The notes under the pieces were generated by a model that ran no database searches, was not told where the DNA came from, and saw only the letters and a program-made list of their open reading frames with translations. A DNA stretch of 63,621 bases, filler included, from Octopus bimaculoides (lineage: Eukaryota): NCBI RefSeq assembly GCF_001194135.2. It is 5 parts of 5 records of this genome, joined end to end, with 100 filler letters (N's around TTAATTAATTAA, not from the genome) between each part and the next. Parts side by side here need not be neighbours in the genome. Positions count along the whole stretch, not along the records: positions 37,551 to 50,366 come from NC_068996.1; positions 50,467 to 59,573 come from NC_068985.1; 3 more parts are not named here. One strand, given 5' to 3'. Each line of letters begins with the position of its first letter. The stretch's first letter is position 1. Shown piece by piece: positions 38,437-50,624 of the stretch. The position numbers and the translations under genes are program-made.

Positions 38437-39234
38437 GTATATATATATTATTATTAATGGACACGTTCATTTTCTTTCTTGCAGCCGAGACTAGCACGTA
38501 TATTTTTTACAGGCGTTGTATAATTTCAACATAATTAATGTGTCCCTCAAAATAACTCAGTACCTTAGAGAGGTTTGACTGATATTTACAAGTGGGGTAC
38601 CACGAACATTTGGCAGCAGTTACGTCCCCTGTTTCGAAGAATTATTTCCCTTGCTTCAGTTTTCTTTTTACAAACAAATAAATTGATCCATGTTTAAAAC
38701 AGAATGAAAGCTACTTTTTCAACCATCACTATCACTCAAGATTTTCTTATTACATTAAAAAATATTTTATTACTACTATGAGTACCTCGAATGTCTCCTC
38801 GAGTTTGTTATTGTTATTTTTATAGTTATTATTGTTATTGTTGTAATTTTATGTGTTTACAGTGGCGGATGCAAGAATGTTGTCCTAGTTGCCCTGGCAA
38901 ACCCTTTCTAACCGAGCCGACACCAAAAAAAAAAAAAAAAAAAAATCGGGACCAAGGTTTTTAACAGCATAACTATTTCATATGCATACTGTCTGCTGCA
39001 ACAAAATTAGAATACGTCAAAACGTATGCATTTGTTATGAATTGCGATTCTCACCTTACATAACATTTTTCTCGAAACTTTTGGGCAATACACCCAAAAA
39101 AATCCTCCTTTGGTTTCTGTTTGTGTCCCCGGGACCGATAATGTACATCGTATATCTAGAGAATTCTGGAAGTTCCAACAGGAATTAATCGTATTCCACA
39201 TGAATACTCCCACATAGAGCTGTTGCTGAAACAA

Positions 39235-39608
39235 CGTGGATGAGTGGTAAGAAGCTTGCTTCCTAACCCCAAGGTTCCGGGTTCAGTCCTACTGCGTGAC
39301 ACCTTGGGCAAGTGTCTTCCATTATAGCCTCAGGTTAACCAAAGCCTTGTCAGTAGATTTAATAAATGGAAATTGAAAGAAACCCGTCGTAATATATATT
39401 TATATGTATGTATTGGTGTATCTGTGTTTGTTCCCCCACTATCGCTTTGACAACCGATGTTGGTGGGTTTACGTTCCCATAACATTAGCGGTTCAGCAAA
39501 CGTTACTGATAGAATAAGTACTAGGCTTATAAAGAATAAGTCCTGGTGTCGATTAAAGGCAGTGCTCCAGCATGGCCGCAGTCAAATGACTGAAACGAAT
39601 AAAAGAAT
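39235..39608 (+). mobile_element. SINE family B, near full length
   Basis: Aligns with 37985-38436. Confidence 0.88.
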
Positions 39609-39610
39609 AC

Positions 39611-39655
<45 letters not shown>

Positions 39656-40630
39656 ATAGTATGATTGACCGTTGACCGAACACTATTCAATTTTTTTCTC
39701 CCTGCTTTTCTCCTTGTCTCCGCATTCTTTCTGTTGAAGAGCGTAGCTGGAAACGTTAAAGACTTTCCGTATTCCCGAGCGTCATTGTTTACACCACCTG
39801 TCCTCGTCTGTTGTTGTTGTTTTTTCGTACATTCTCCCATATATNNNNNNNNNNNNNNNNNNNNNNNNNNNNNNNNNNNNNNNNNNNNNNNNNNNNNNNN
39901 NNNNNNNNNNNNNNNNNNNNNNNNNNNNNNNNNNNNNNNNNNNNNNNNNNNNNNNNNNNNNNNNNNNNNNNNNNNNNNNNNNNNNNNNNNNNNNNNNNNN
40001 NNNNNNNNNNNNNNNNNNNNNNNNNNNNNNNNNNNNNNNNNNNNNNNNNNNNNNNNNNNNNNNNNNNNNNNNNNNNNNNNNNNNNNNNNNNNNNNNNNNN
40101 NNNNNNNNNNNNNNNNNNNNNNNNNNNNNNNNNNNNNNNNNNNNNNNNNNNNNNNNNNNNNNNNNNNNNNNNNNNNNNNNNNNNNNNNNNNNNNNNNNNN
40201 NNNNNNNNNNNNNNNNNNNNNNNNNNNNNNNNNNNNNNNNNNNNNNNNNNNNNNNNNNNNNNNNNNNNNNNNNNNNNNNNNNNNNNNNNNNNNNNNNNNN
40301 NNNNNNNNNNNNNNNNNNNNNNNNNNNNNNNNNNNNNNNNNNNNNNNNNNNNNNNNNNNNNNNNNNNNNNNNNNNNNNNNNNNNNNNNNNNNNNNNNNNN
40401 NNNNNNNNNNNNNNNNNNNNNNNNNNNNNNNNNNNTAAAAGCACAATATTAATTTTTCTATATGTGATAGTGGATTTTCATCGATGAGTTCTTGAAAATT
40501 GGTTATTTTCCCTAAAACTATATATATTTTATATATACTTTATCTATAAGGCTCAATTTAATTTTAATTTTTTATAAATTGATTTTAATTGAGTTTTTTA
40601 CCTGTAATTTTGGATTTTGTCCCTAATAAT

Positions 40631-40665
<35 letters not shown>

Positions 40666-40901
40666 GATGGGCTTATTTCAGTTTCCGTCTACCAAATCCA
40701 TTCACAAAACTGTGTTTAGACAGCCGCTATAATAGAAGACACTTGCCCAAGGTACAATGTAATGGGACTGAACCTGGAACCACGTGGTTGGGAAACAAAC
40801 TGCTTAACACATAGCCAAGCCAGCCAGCATTTTTTATAATAATTCATAAATGAATTCTAATAAAAAATTTTACGTATCAGTATCGTAATATGAACCTACT
40901 G

Positions 40902-41375
40902 GGCGGTGAGCTGGTAGAAACGTTAGCACGCTGGGCGAAATACTTAGTGGTCTTAATGTTCTGAGTTCAAATTTCGCCGTGGTCGACGTTGCCTTTAATC
41001 CTTTTGGGGTCGATAAATTAAGTACCAATTGCATACTGGGTCGATCTAATCAACTGGCACCCTCTCCAAAAAGTTCGGGTCTTGTGCCTAGAGGAGAAAC
41101 AAATATCTAAATATAGGTAAAAAAAAACAAAAAAACTGTAGAAATGAAATTTAGAAATTATCTAAGGGATACAACTGCGGTTGTAGGCAGAATCAGCACA
41201 CTGGGCGAAATGTTTAGCGATATTTCGTCTGCCGTTAAGTTCTGAGTTCAAACTCTGTCGAGGTCGACTTTGCCTTTCATCCTTTTGGAATTAAGTACCA
41301 GTTAAACACTGAGGTCAATGTAATCGATTTAACCCCTTTGTCCTTGTTTGTCCCCTCTATTACCTTGTGGGTAAT
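40902..41375 (+). mobile_element. Two SINE family A copies (40902-41098 and ~41180-41375)
   Basis: Head, B box and core motifs as in other family A copies. Confidence 0.85.
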
Positions 41376-42306
41376 AAATATATAAATATTGTATATATTG
41401 TATGTATGTATATATGTATGTATGTATGTGTGCATGCATGCATATGTATGTATGGATGGGTGAATAGATGCATGCATACATCCATACATGTAGATCTCTC
41501 TCCCTCTCTCTGCATATATAAATGTGTGTATGTGAGTGTATGTGTGTGTGTGTGTCTGTGTGTGTCTGTGTGTGTGTGTCTGTGTGTGTTTGAGCATGCG
41601 CGTATATATATATATATATACTTATTTTGATATTACGAGTGTGAAGCGTGTGTGCGTATATGTGTGTGGATGCGTGAGTGTGTATGTATAATGTAACGTA
41701 TACCAACGGCCAACTGCACTAGCTCCAAGTATCCGCTAAGAATTCAGTACCTCGGGCTCAGCTAGGCTCTATCTATACCCATTTCAGTTAAATATGATAA
41801 TTATTCCTTCTCCTTGCCGGCACCAACTATCTGCTCCTATTAACCCCTATTTCTTCCACTTCTCCTTTTCTTCATTTTTATGAACCTCATACGACTCTCA
41901 TTCCCATATATATGATCTCAGTCTTCTCTTTCTTACTTCTTGAGCGTTTGTTGTTTTCTTTTATTCCGTTCTTCAGGCTCTGCTGTTCATTTCAATTCAC
42001 ATCTGCAGTGAGTTAACTTGGAAATACCAAACGACAATGTAACCTCCTTAATTAAAGAATACCGTGATTAAGATAGTCTCCGTAATTAAGATATTCTCAG
42101 CTTAAGGATTAGCTAAGTTGAGTAACCTTCGTTGAGTAATTATTACATCAGAGGATCAGCTAGCTAAGATGAAGCATGTGTAACCTGGATTTTACCCGTC
42201 CCACTCTTTCAATTTGGGAATTAATGTGTGTCCATGTGTGTGTTCGAGTGCGCATGTGTGCGTGTGTGCGGGTGTGTGTATGTGCGTGTGTGTGTGTGTA
42301 TGTGTT

Positions 42307-42368
<62 letters not shown>

Positions 42369-43404
42369 TGTGTATATGTGTGTGTATAAATGTGTGTGTG
42401 CGTGTGTGTATGTGTGTGTGTGAATAATAACAAAATACTAATATTTCGAAGTGGTTTTGCTGATATCTACTACATTCATTGCACAAATTATCTTCTCATA
42501 TTCTATATACGACTTTTCTGAATATCGAGCAAAGCAACTTCCAAGATGACAACACGGTTCCATATTCTTTCTTATTAAAACCTTTGTCTCCACTAGATAT
42601 ACTTTTAGATATCTAGATTCTATGTTTCTGCTCCTGTGTTTGAAACATTTCTTCTGGTTCCTCAACAGATTAGGCTATATGAACTAGCATAGTTGAGGCC
42701 GTCGACATGTTGATGGTTTATGATAAGTAATAGTCTGCCTAAATCTAATCCGTGATGGACAACTTCTAGTATGCTAAGTTACTTACTAAACTCGCTGACT
42801 ATTCTCACATTGCTAACGATACGTACGAGACACCTGTGTATTGCTTGCATAACTCTCATAAGCCATTTATATAGATATAGTTTTATTATCGCCATACTAT
42901 AAAGCGTGAAACTCTGTCAACCTACTTCTACAGGTCAATGAATGCTAGATATTACGGCTTGCTACTGGCTAAGAATTTCTCTTGAAATTATCTCATTAAG
43001 AATAGGTCAAAGGAGGTTCCCATAGTAAGACAAATCCAAACTAAATAGCATCTAAGCTAATTTTCTTTTTAAATAGCTGTATTATAACAGTTTCTACAAT
43101 TTTTACAAAATGTTCCATCAATATCCTGCCTCTGTTCCCGTTTTTGGATCTTTTGTTTGGCTGCACCTGTGAAAATTTTAAAGTTGATGTATTGATGTAA
43201 TTTTTTACGCTGAACCTCTTGAGCTAATTCAATTTCCCTAGAAACATTTTTGTGAAAAGCTATAAAGGTTTAAAGTTTGATCATTTTTACCCAGTCAGAA
43301 AACAGGATTTGGAAGCTGTCATTTTGTGCGTGACTGCACGTGTTGTCAACTCTAAACAAATTAAATATTACGAAAAAGGAGCGCTAAGCAGTGATAAATA
43401 TAAT

Positions 43405-43811
43405 TGTAATGTTATTATTAGTCCGAGCGTGCTTGATGCACGTTCAAACTGGGGAACAAGCTACTCACTGCATTTTGTCACGGAGAGTGTATCTCGCTCG
43501 TTGGCAAATGGTGTGTATATGCCTAGATCAGTTCGCAGCGTCACTGTATGGTGACTGTAAAAGTATAAGAGAATCAATCTCTTCAATCAGATCGTAGCGT
43601 CGTCTGCCTAGTGTCTGTGACCGAAGAGGAAATAACTACTCCGAAATGCTAGCATCTCACAGTGTAGGTAGGTGGCGCTGCCAACTGATCTAGGTGTATA
43701 CGTACCATTTATCAACGAGCGAGATATATTCTCCGTGACAAAACGCAGTGAGTAGCTTGTTCCCCAGTTCGAACGTGCATCAAGCATATTCGTACTGATA
43801 ATAACATTACA
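43405..43811. repeat. Long inverted repeat with 140-bp arms and a 127-bp spacer; MITE/fold-back candidate
   Basis: Arm 43405-43544 versus reverse complement of 43672-43811: 17 mismatches, no indels; AAT on both outer flanks. Confidence 0.9.
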
Positions 43812-45637
43812 AATGAAATAGTGGTGGAATTCTGCTTTACGCACGCAATATAACCCCCCACATAATATTTTTTTTTAATTTTGGGAATTTTCAATAAAGT
43901 TCAGCGAATTTGTATATTACACAAAGGAATTCATACAATTATGCAAAAAAAAAAATGGTGCGTGATTTAAGGCCTATTTAGCTATTATTTTTAGCAAATC
44001 TCGCGACTACCTGTGTTTTAAGCATTTAATAAGCAAAAATGTCTACGTGGATAAGCAGCTCCGTACCAATTTAGCTTGTTACTAAGGAAACAGGCAACTA
44101 TATGTCTGTGGCTTTAAATTGGCCGAAATTACCCTAAATTACCCTAAATTTGCAAACTTTAAAAGCTATTAATTCTTTATTTATTAATTTATGGTGAAAA
44201 TGAATTTCCTGTCAATGATTACCATACAGAATTACATCAATACATCAAATGTGAAATCAATTGGAATGAAAATTGAAGAAATTGAAAAATGGCAGCCAAA
44301 CAGAAAAGACCCCGTTCTTTTCTTGAATATCTCATTTGTCCTTGTAGCAGGTGACAGTGATATGGTTTGTACTTACAATGCCACTAACTGTGCGGTTGGC
44401 TATAGCGTATACTATTTCACCAGATAAATACAGAATCACTGGCTATCCTAAATGTATTCCCACCTTTCATATTCTTAATAGCTATTTAGGCTGAAAGCTG
44501 TGAATTTCAATAACTGATCCTTCTGTTACTTCGACCTGGAGTAGTCTCTCTCTCTAAAATAGTCCCTTCATTCGTGATGGAATTTCCCTGTCTTTTGTCG
44601 TCAGTACGACCCCTACACCATATCATTACGCACACACATTTCACCAGCGACAATTTGATTTACACTGACTCATTGCATTGAAATCTGGAACACCTCATGC
44701 CTGATTCATACTATACAGAACACTGTAGTCAAGGAATCTTTCAGTTTCTCCGGGATTCTTGTTTTTGAGTCTTACTAGCTCTTACTCCGACGCCAAACAT
44801 CGCTAGTTAGTCTTGAATGTTATATTCCACACCGACGAACAGCTCAGTATGGACAACATTCACACTATTTCGTTTCCTGGTGAGGGTAAAGTCAACCTGG
44901 CTCACACGTTCGCCTAAGTGGTGGAAGAATAAAAATTTCCCGCAATTATAAACATTTCATGGGAATGGTGCAATGTATCTCTTAAAGTCACCATGATAAC
45001 GACGAAGTTTACTGAGATAGTCAACAAGAAGATTTCATATAAGTGGTTCTGATCAAGATACATATGTAAGGATTACTGTTACTGCCGTGTATTCTATAAA
45101 TAGTTATACATATAGACAACGCAGCAACACAAGATATTCTATCAAATACTCTGGCTGTCTTAATCCTTTATCTAAACATTCTCAACTAATATTACGCCTC
45201 CTTTACCGGTTCCAATGATGTTACTTTCTTCAGAATAGGTACTGAGGGCCCCAGTTTTGGTGAGTTTGGCTGAAGCTCTTGTCCATCACATCACTTTTTA
45301 TTGAATATACTTCTTATCTCCACGGAGAATCACTATACAAGCTTTTCCTGATGCCAATTTTGAAAGTAGACAGACTGTTGGAGAATCTCAATTGCTCAAC
45401 ATGTAGTTTTCTTAATGTTCATTGGCCCTGAAAATATTTTACTTTAAATATTCGAAATGCAAACTTATTTTATCCTATATGTTTGTAAATTGTATAGAGT
45501 GTGAATTGAAACAATTGTAGGCATTATCAAAAATGTTAATAAATTAACTCATATCCGTTGAATCTCTCCATTTTCTTACGTAATTATATATATCTGTCTG
45601 TGTGTATGTATATACGTGTGTTTGTGTCTTTATAGAT

Positions 45638-45700
<63 letters not shown>

Positions 45701-46618
45701 NNNNNNNNNNNNNNNNNNNNNNNNNNNNNNNNNNNNNNNNNNNNNNNNNNNNNNNNNNNNNNNNNNNNNNNNNNNNNNNNNNNNNNNNNNNNNNNNNNNN
45801 NNNNNNNNNNNNNNNNNNNNNNNNNNNNNNNNNNNNNNNNNNNNNNNNNNNNNNNNNNNNNNNATCAGTTGTCCCTGCTCCATCTACTCCGCGTTTTGAA
45901 ACCAAGGACAATACGCGACTTCGTTGGAACAGTCCTTCCCGCAAAGCAAATTAAATAAAATTTGGAAATTTTTGCGGAGGGTGAAAGTGTTAACAAAAAC
46001 AGAACAGTGAGACAGTAAAAACAAACAATAAGGGCTGTTAGGCCAAGACGATAGAAAAATTATTATTTCTTGAACGCTAGTAGACGTGAATGAGAGAAGA
46101 GACAAGAGACAGAAAAATCACGTCTTCTCTATAAGAAGCCAGCGGATAGAAAGAAAGAATCCCTTTCGTCACGTGTCAGCGACCAGAGGGTCAAGGAGGA
46201 AGAGTGAAAGAGAGAGTGAACGGTGAAGAGGAGAGAATAGGGAAACGGTGGGAAAGAAAAACAGAAAGGATGAAGAACAAGTGAGGGAGAGAGATAGATA
46301 GGGAAGTAGTAGTAATAGTAGTGTATGTGTGTGTGGGTGTACACAGTCGCATGTATTTATAACAAAACAGCAAGTTGCAAAATTTATGGGTATTTAATAT
46401 TTATTCGCCGTTATGTTTCATTTCTTAAAAGAAATTATTGAATTTTACACGTTAGAGAGTCCTATAAGGTAATTCTTATAAGAAATTCTCTAGACAAAGA
46501 ATTAAATAATACATCGATACAACAACGAGAGCAACTGGAATTAAAATAATGGAATGTACAAATGTGCTTCAAATGGAAACAGCTGGGATTTTACCCTACT
46601 TACCTACATAATATATAT

Positions 46619-46671
<53 letters not shown>

Positions 46672-47978
46672 NNNNNNNNNNNNNNNNNNNNNNNNNNNNN
46701 NNNNNNNNNNNNNNNNNNNNNNNNNNNNNNNNNNNNNNNNNNNNNNNNNNNNNNNNNNNNNNNNNNNNNNNNNNNNNNNNNNNNNNNNNNNNNNNNNNNN
46801 NNNNNNNNNNNNNNNNNNNNNNNNNNNNNNNNNNNNNNNNNNNNNNNNNNNNNNNNNNNNNNNNNNNNNNNNNNNNNNNNNNNNNNNNNNNNNNNNNNNN
46901 NNNNNNNNNNNNNNNNNNNNNNNNNNNNNNNNNNNNNNNNNNNNNNNNNNNNNNNNNNNNNNNNNNNNNNNNNNNNNNNNNNNNNNNNNNNNNNNNNNNN
47001 NNNNNNNNNNNNNNNNNNNNNNNNNNNNNNNNNNNNNNNNNNNNNNNNNNNNNNNNNNNNNNNNNNNNNNNNNNNNNNNNNNNNNNNNNNNNNNNNNNNN
47101 NNNNNNNNNNNNNNNNNNNNNNNNNNNNNNNNNNNNNNNNNNNNNNNNNNNNNNNNNNNNNNNNNNNNNNNNNNNNNNNNNNNNNNNNNNNNNNNNNNNN
47201 NNNNNNNNNNNNNNNNNNNNNNNNNNNNNNNNNNNNNNNNNNNNNNNNNNNNNNNNNNNNNNNNNNNNNNNNNNNNNNNNNNNNNNNNNNNNNNNNNNNN
47301 NNNNNNNNNNNNNNNNNNNNNNNNNNNNNNNNNNNNNNNNNNNNNNNNNNNNNNNNNNNNNNNNNNNNNNNNNNNNNNNNNNNNNNNNNNNNNNNNNNNN
47401 NNNNNNNNNNNNNNNNNNNNNNNNNNTATATATATATATATACATACATACATACATACATACATACGTACATACATACATACATATATAACACACACGC
47501 ACATATACACAGACGCATGAAATGAGAGAATAGTAATAGAATAAATTTATAATTTAAATCTTCATACACACAGAAGCATGGTGTCACACTTGGGGAGTTA
47601 TATGCCTGTAATAAACACAGCTAGAGAACAAAGTCTAGTGTTACATTCCACTCTGATGACCCTCATCTCAATAAGAATTCTTAATTTAATTAATTCATTT
47701 AATTGTTATTGTTTTAACCATTTGGATTATATTTTTAAAAACTTACTTGATGGACAAGAGAAAGCCATTGGACCAAATTAATTATATATATAATTAATGA
47801 TATGAAGTTAATGAATAATTTTTTCCTCAAATGTTAAAACTTTAAACTGATTTCCGCCATTAGAATGTTGTAAAGACTGGGAGACCGTCATCAAATACAA
47901 TGACACCGGAAAGGTCAAACTTAGGCCCAAATACACGTGTGCGTCCATATATATATACTTATGCACGCATATACACAA

Positions 47979-48010
<32 letters not shown>

Positions 48011-48039
48011 ACACACACACACACACACATACATAATAC

Positions 48040-48113
48040 ATATATACGTACATACATACATATATACATGCATACATACATTACATACATACATACACAC
48101 ACACATACATACA

Positions 48114-48177
<64 letters not shown>

Positions 48178-48318
48178 CATGCATACATACATACACACAT
48201 ACACATATATACATACATACATACATACATATATATACATACATACATATATACATACATACATTCATACATATATACANNNNNNNNNNACATACATACA
48301 TATATATACATACATACA

Positions 48319-48352
<34 letters not shown>

Positions 48353-48422
48353 CATGCATACATACATACACACATACACATATATACATACATACATACA
48401 TACATATATATACATACATACA

Positions 48423-48456
<34 letters not shown>

Positions 48457-48605
48457 CATACATACATACATACATACATGCATACACACATACATAAATA
48501 CATGCATGTATACATACATATATACATACATACATTCATACATATATACATACTTACATACATACATACATGCATACATACGAACATGCATACATACATA
48601 TATAT
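48040..48605. repeat. Long (TACA)n satellite-like tract
   Basis: Direct reading; interrupted by a 10-N gap. Confidence 0.95.
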
Positions 48606-50298
48606 ATTCTGTTAGTTGTTTTAATGATAGGATTGGTGCGATGCTAGGAAAATACCTTGAATGGCATTTTAAATGATGAGGCCTGTCAGCTCTATTGTTG
48701 CCCATCTAAGAGAAAGTAAGTTGATACAAACCATTCATCCTGATATCGACCGTGTCCGTGACATTTGTTGAACGAGACAAATACAAATTTTAAGGACGAG
48801 TAGGACAAACACTGTACAAAACAAACCCAGTGTAATAATATCCATCATTCATGTTGTTCACCCCACCAAGATACCAATACCGACACCGTCATACAGTTTT
48901 CTTCGTGAATTCAGAAACAAAAGGAACAGCAACGACGGGACACAGGAAGGGAAATGCTATTGGAAGTCTACAGCTTTGACTCAACACACAGGTGCCCGAA
49001 GGATGATTCTTATTTATAGTTGTGTCTTGCTGAACCTTCAAAGTGACGAAAGAGTCCAGTTACACACACATACACACATACACTATACCTGTGAGTGATG
49101 GAAAATTAAATCGAGGTTGTAGCAAAGGCACTTGCACAGTGTTTTGTACAGTAGACCGAACTTCATAAGTGTGTGTGTGTGTGGAGGGAGGGGCGTGCGC
49201 GTGCATGATCTTTGTGATAGGAACATAGTCTCGTGCAGCTCGTTCCTTATCGTGGTGGCTGGCTTGCAAGGTACAATCACTAGGTGAGCGATACCGTTGG
49301 GAGTCTAGTACTTCAATAAGGACAACACCTGGTGGTGAGATGCAGCTTGTGAACCCGGTCATAAACACGGCTAAACTTCTTTCAAGTCTCCCAACGCTGG
49401 CATATGTGTATGTAGACCAGGTTAACGATTGAAATTGGGAGGAAGAAAATATCTGTCGGACTGACTAAAAAGATGCGACTCAAGATTAAACCTAAGTCAA
49501 CAACAGTTAAATGTGATTTCATCATATGTTGCTGCTTGTCTCGTTCTAAATGTGTCACAGAGGATGATACAGATGTAAGAGTGTATGGGTCACATCCTGG
49601 CGAGTTGAAATCCACTGTACACAAGTTAATGCCATAGATTTTTCATTGTACATATGTACATGTGTATACCTCTCAATCTAACGGTCTAAGCTAAATATCT
49701 ATCTGGCAAATCGTCTGAAAAAACGTTTAGGCATAAAAAGCGTAACAAACGAACATCTATCGTCTGTTATAATACTTTGTTATTATTCTAAGATTCTGTC
49801 TTTCTCCTGAATTAATTTCTTACGTCACAACAAACCACTAATAATTGTAACGACTCAGTACCCACATTTATGTACATACAAATGTTAATAAGTATAAAAT
49901 GTCATAGAAGTGCTAACTAGCATGGATTTGCATTCATGCGTGTACAAAATACCGTCTCTACACAGTCTGTATACACAAAATATATGCGTACGACCAGTAA
50001 GAAAGTAACTATCACGTATGTATTCAATACCAAATATACATCTTTACGAATATACACCACCACCACCACCACCACCACCACCATTATCGGCGTCATTGCC
50101 TCTACCACCACCATCTCCATTATTGCTGCTATCACTTCTAATACCACCACAAACAACAACATTAAATACAGACAAATGTTTTTATTTCACAATTTTCTCA
50201 TAAACCCACATCCTTTACCTGGAACGATGAATCTCTTAATATCTACCTTTCACTTTGTTAAACATTTGATATTCAAACTTATGTGCACTCATATCCAA

Positions 50299-50366
<68 letters not shown>

Positions 50367-50466
50367 NNNNNNNNNNNNNNNNNNNNNNNNNNNNNNNNNN
50401 NNNNNNNNNNTTAATTAATTAANNNNNNNNNNNNNNNNNNNNNNNNNNNNNNNNNNNNNNNNNNNN

Positions 50467-50510
<44 letters not shown>

Positions 50511-50519
50511 GTAGATAGT

Positions 50520-50558
<39 letters not shown>

Positions 50559-50567
50559 TTAGATAGT

Positions 50568-50622
<55 letters not shown>
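50467..50622. repeat. (GATA)n microsatellite
   Basis: Direct reading. Confidence 0.97.

Positions 50623-50624
<2 letters not shown>

Noticed and set aside
39150-39178. Second HSE-like run (GAGaaTTCtgGAAgtTCC)
   Set aside because: Only two perfect pentamers and no core promoter nearby; within chance expectation.
44520-45400. Possible very old CR1/L2 reverse-transcriptase remnant (faint DGI, NY and KLF.D-like traces)
   Set aside because: The motifs need several assumed frameshifts and cannot be supported without a profile search.
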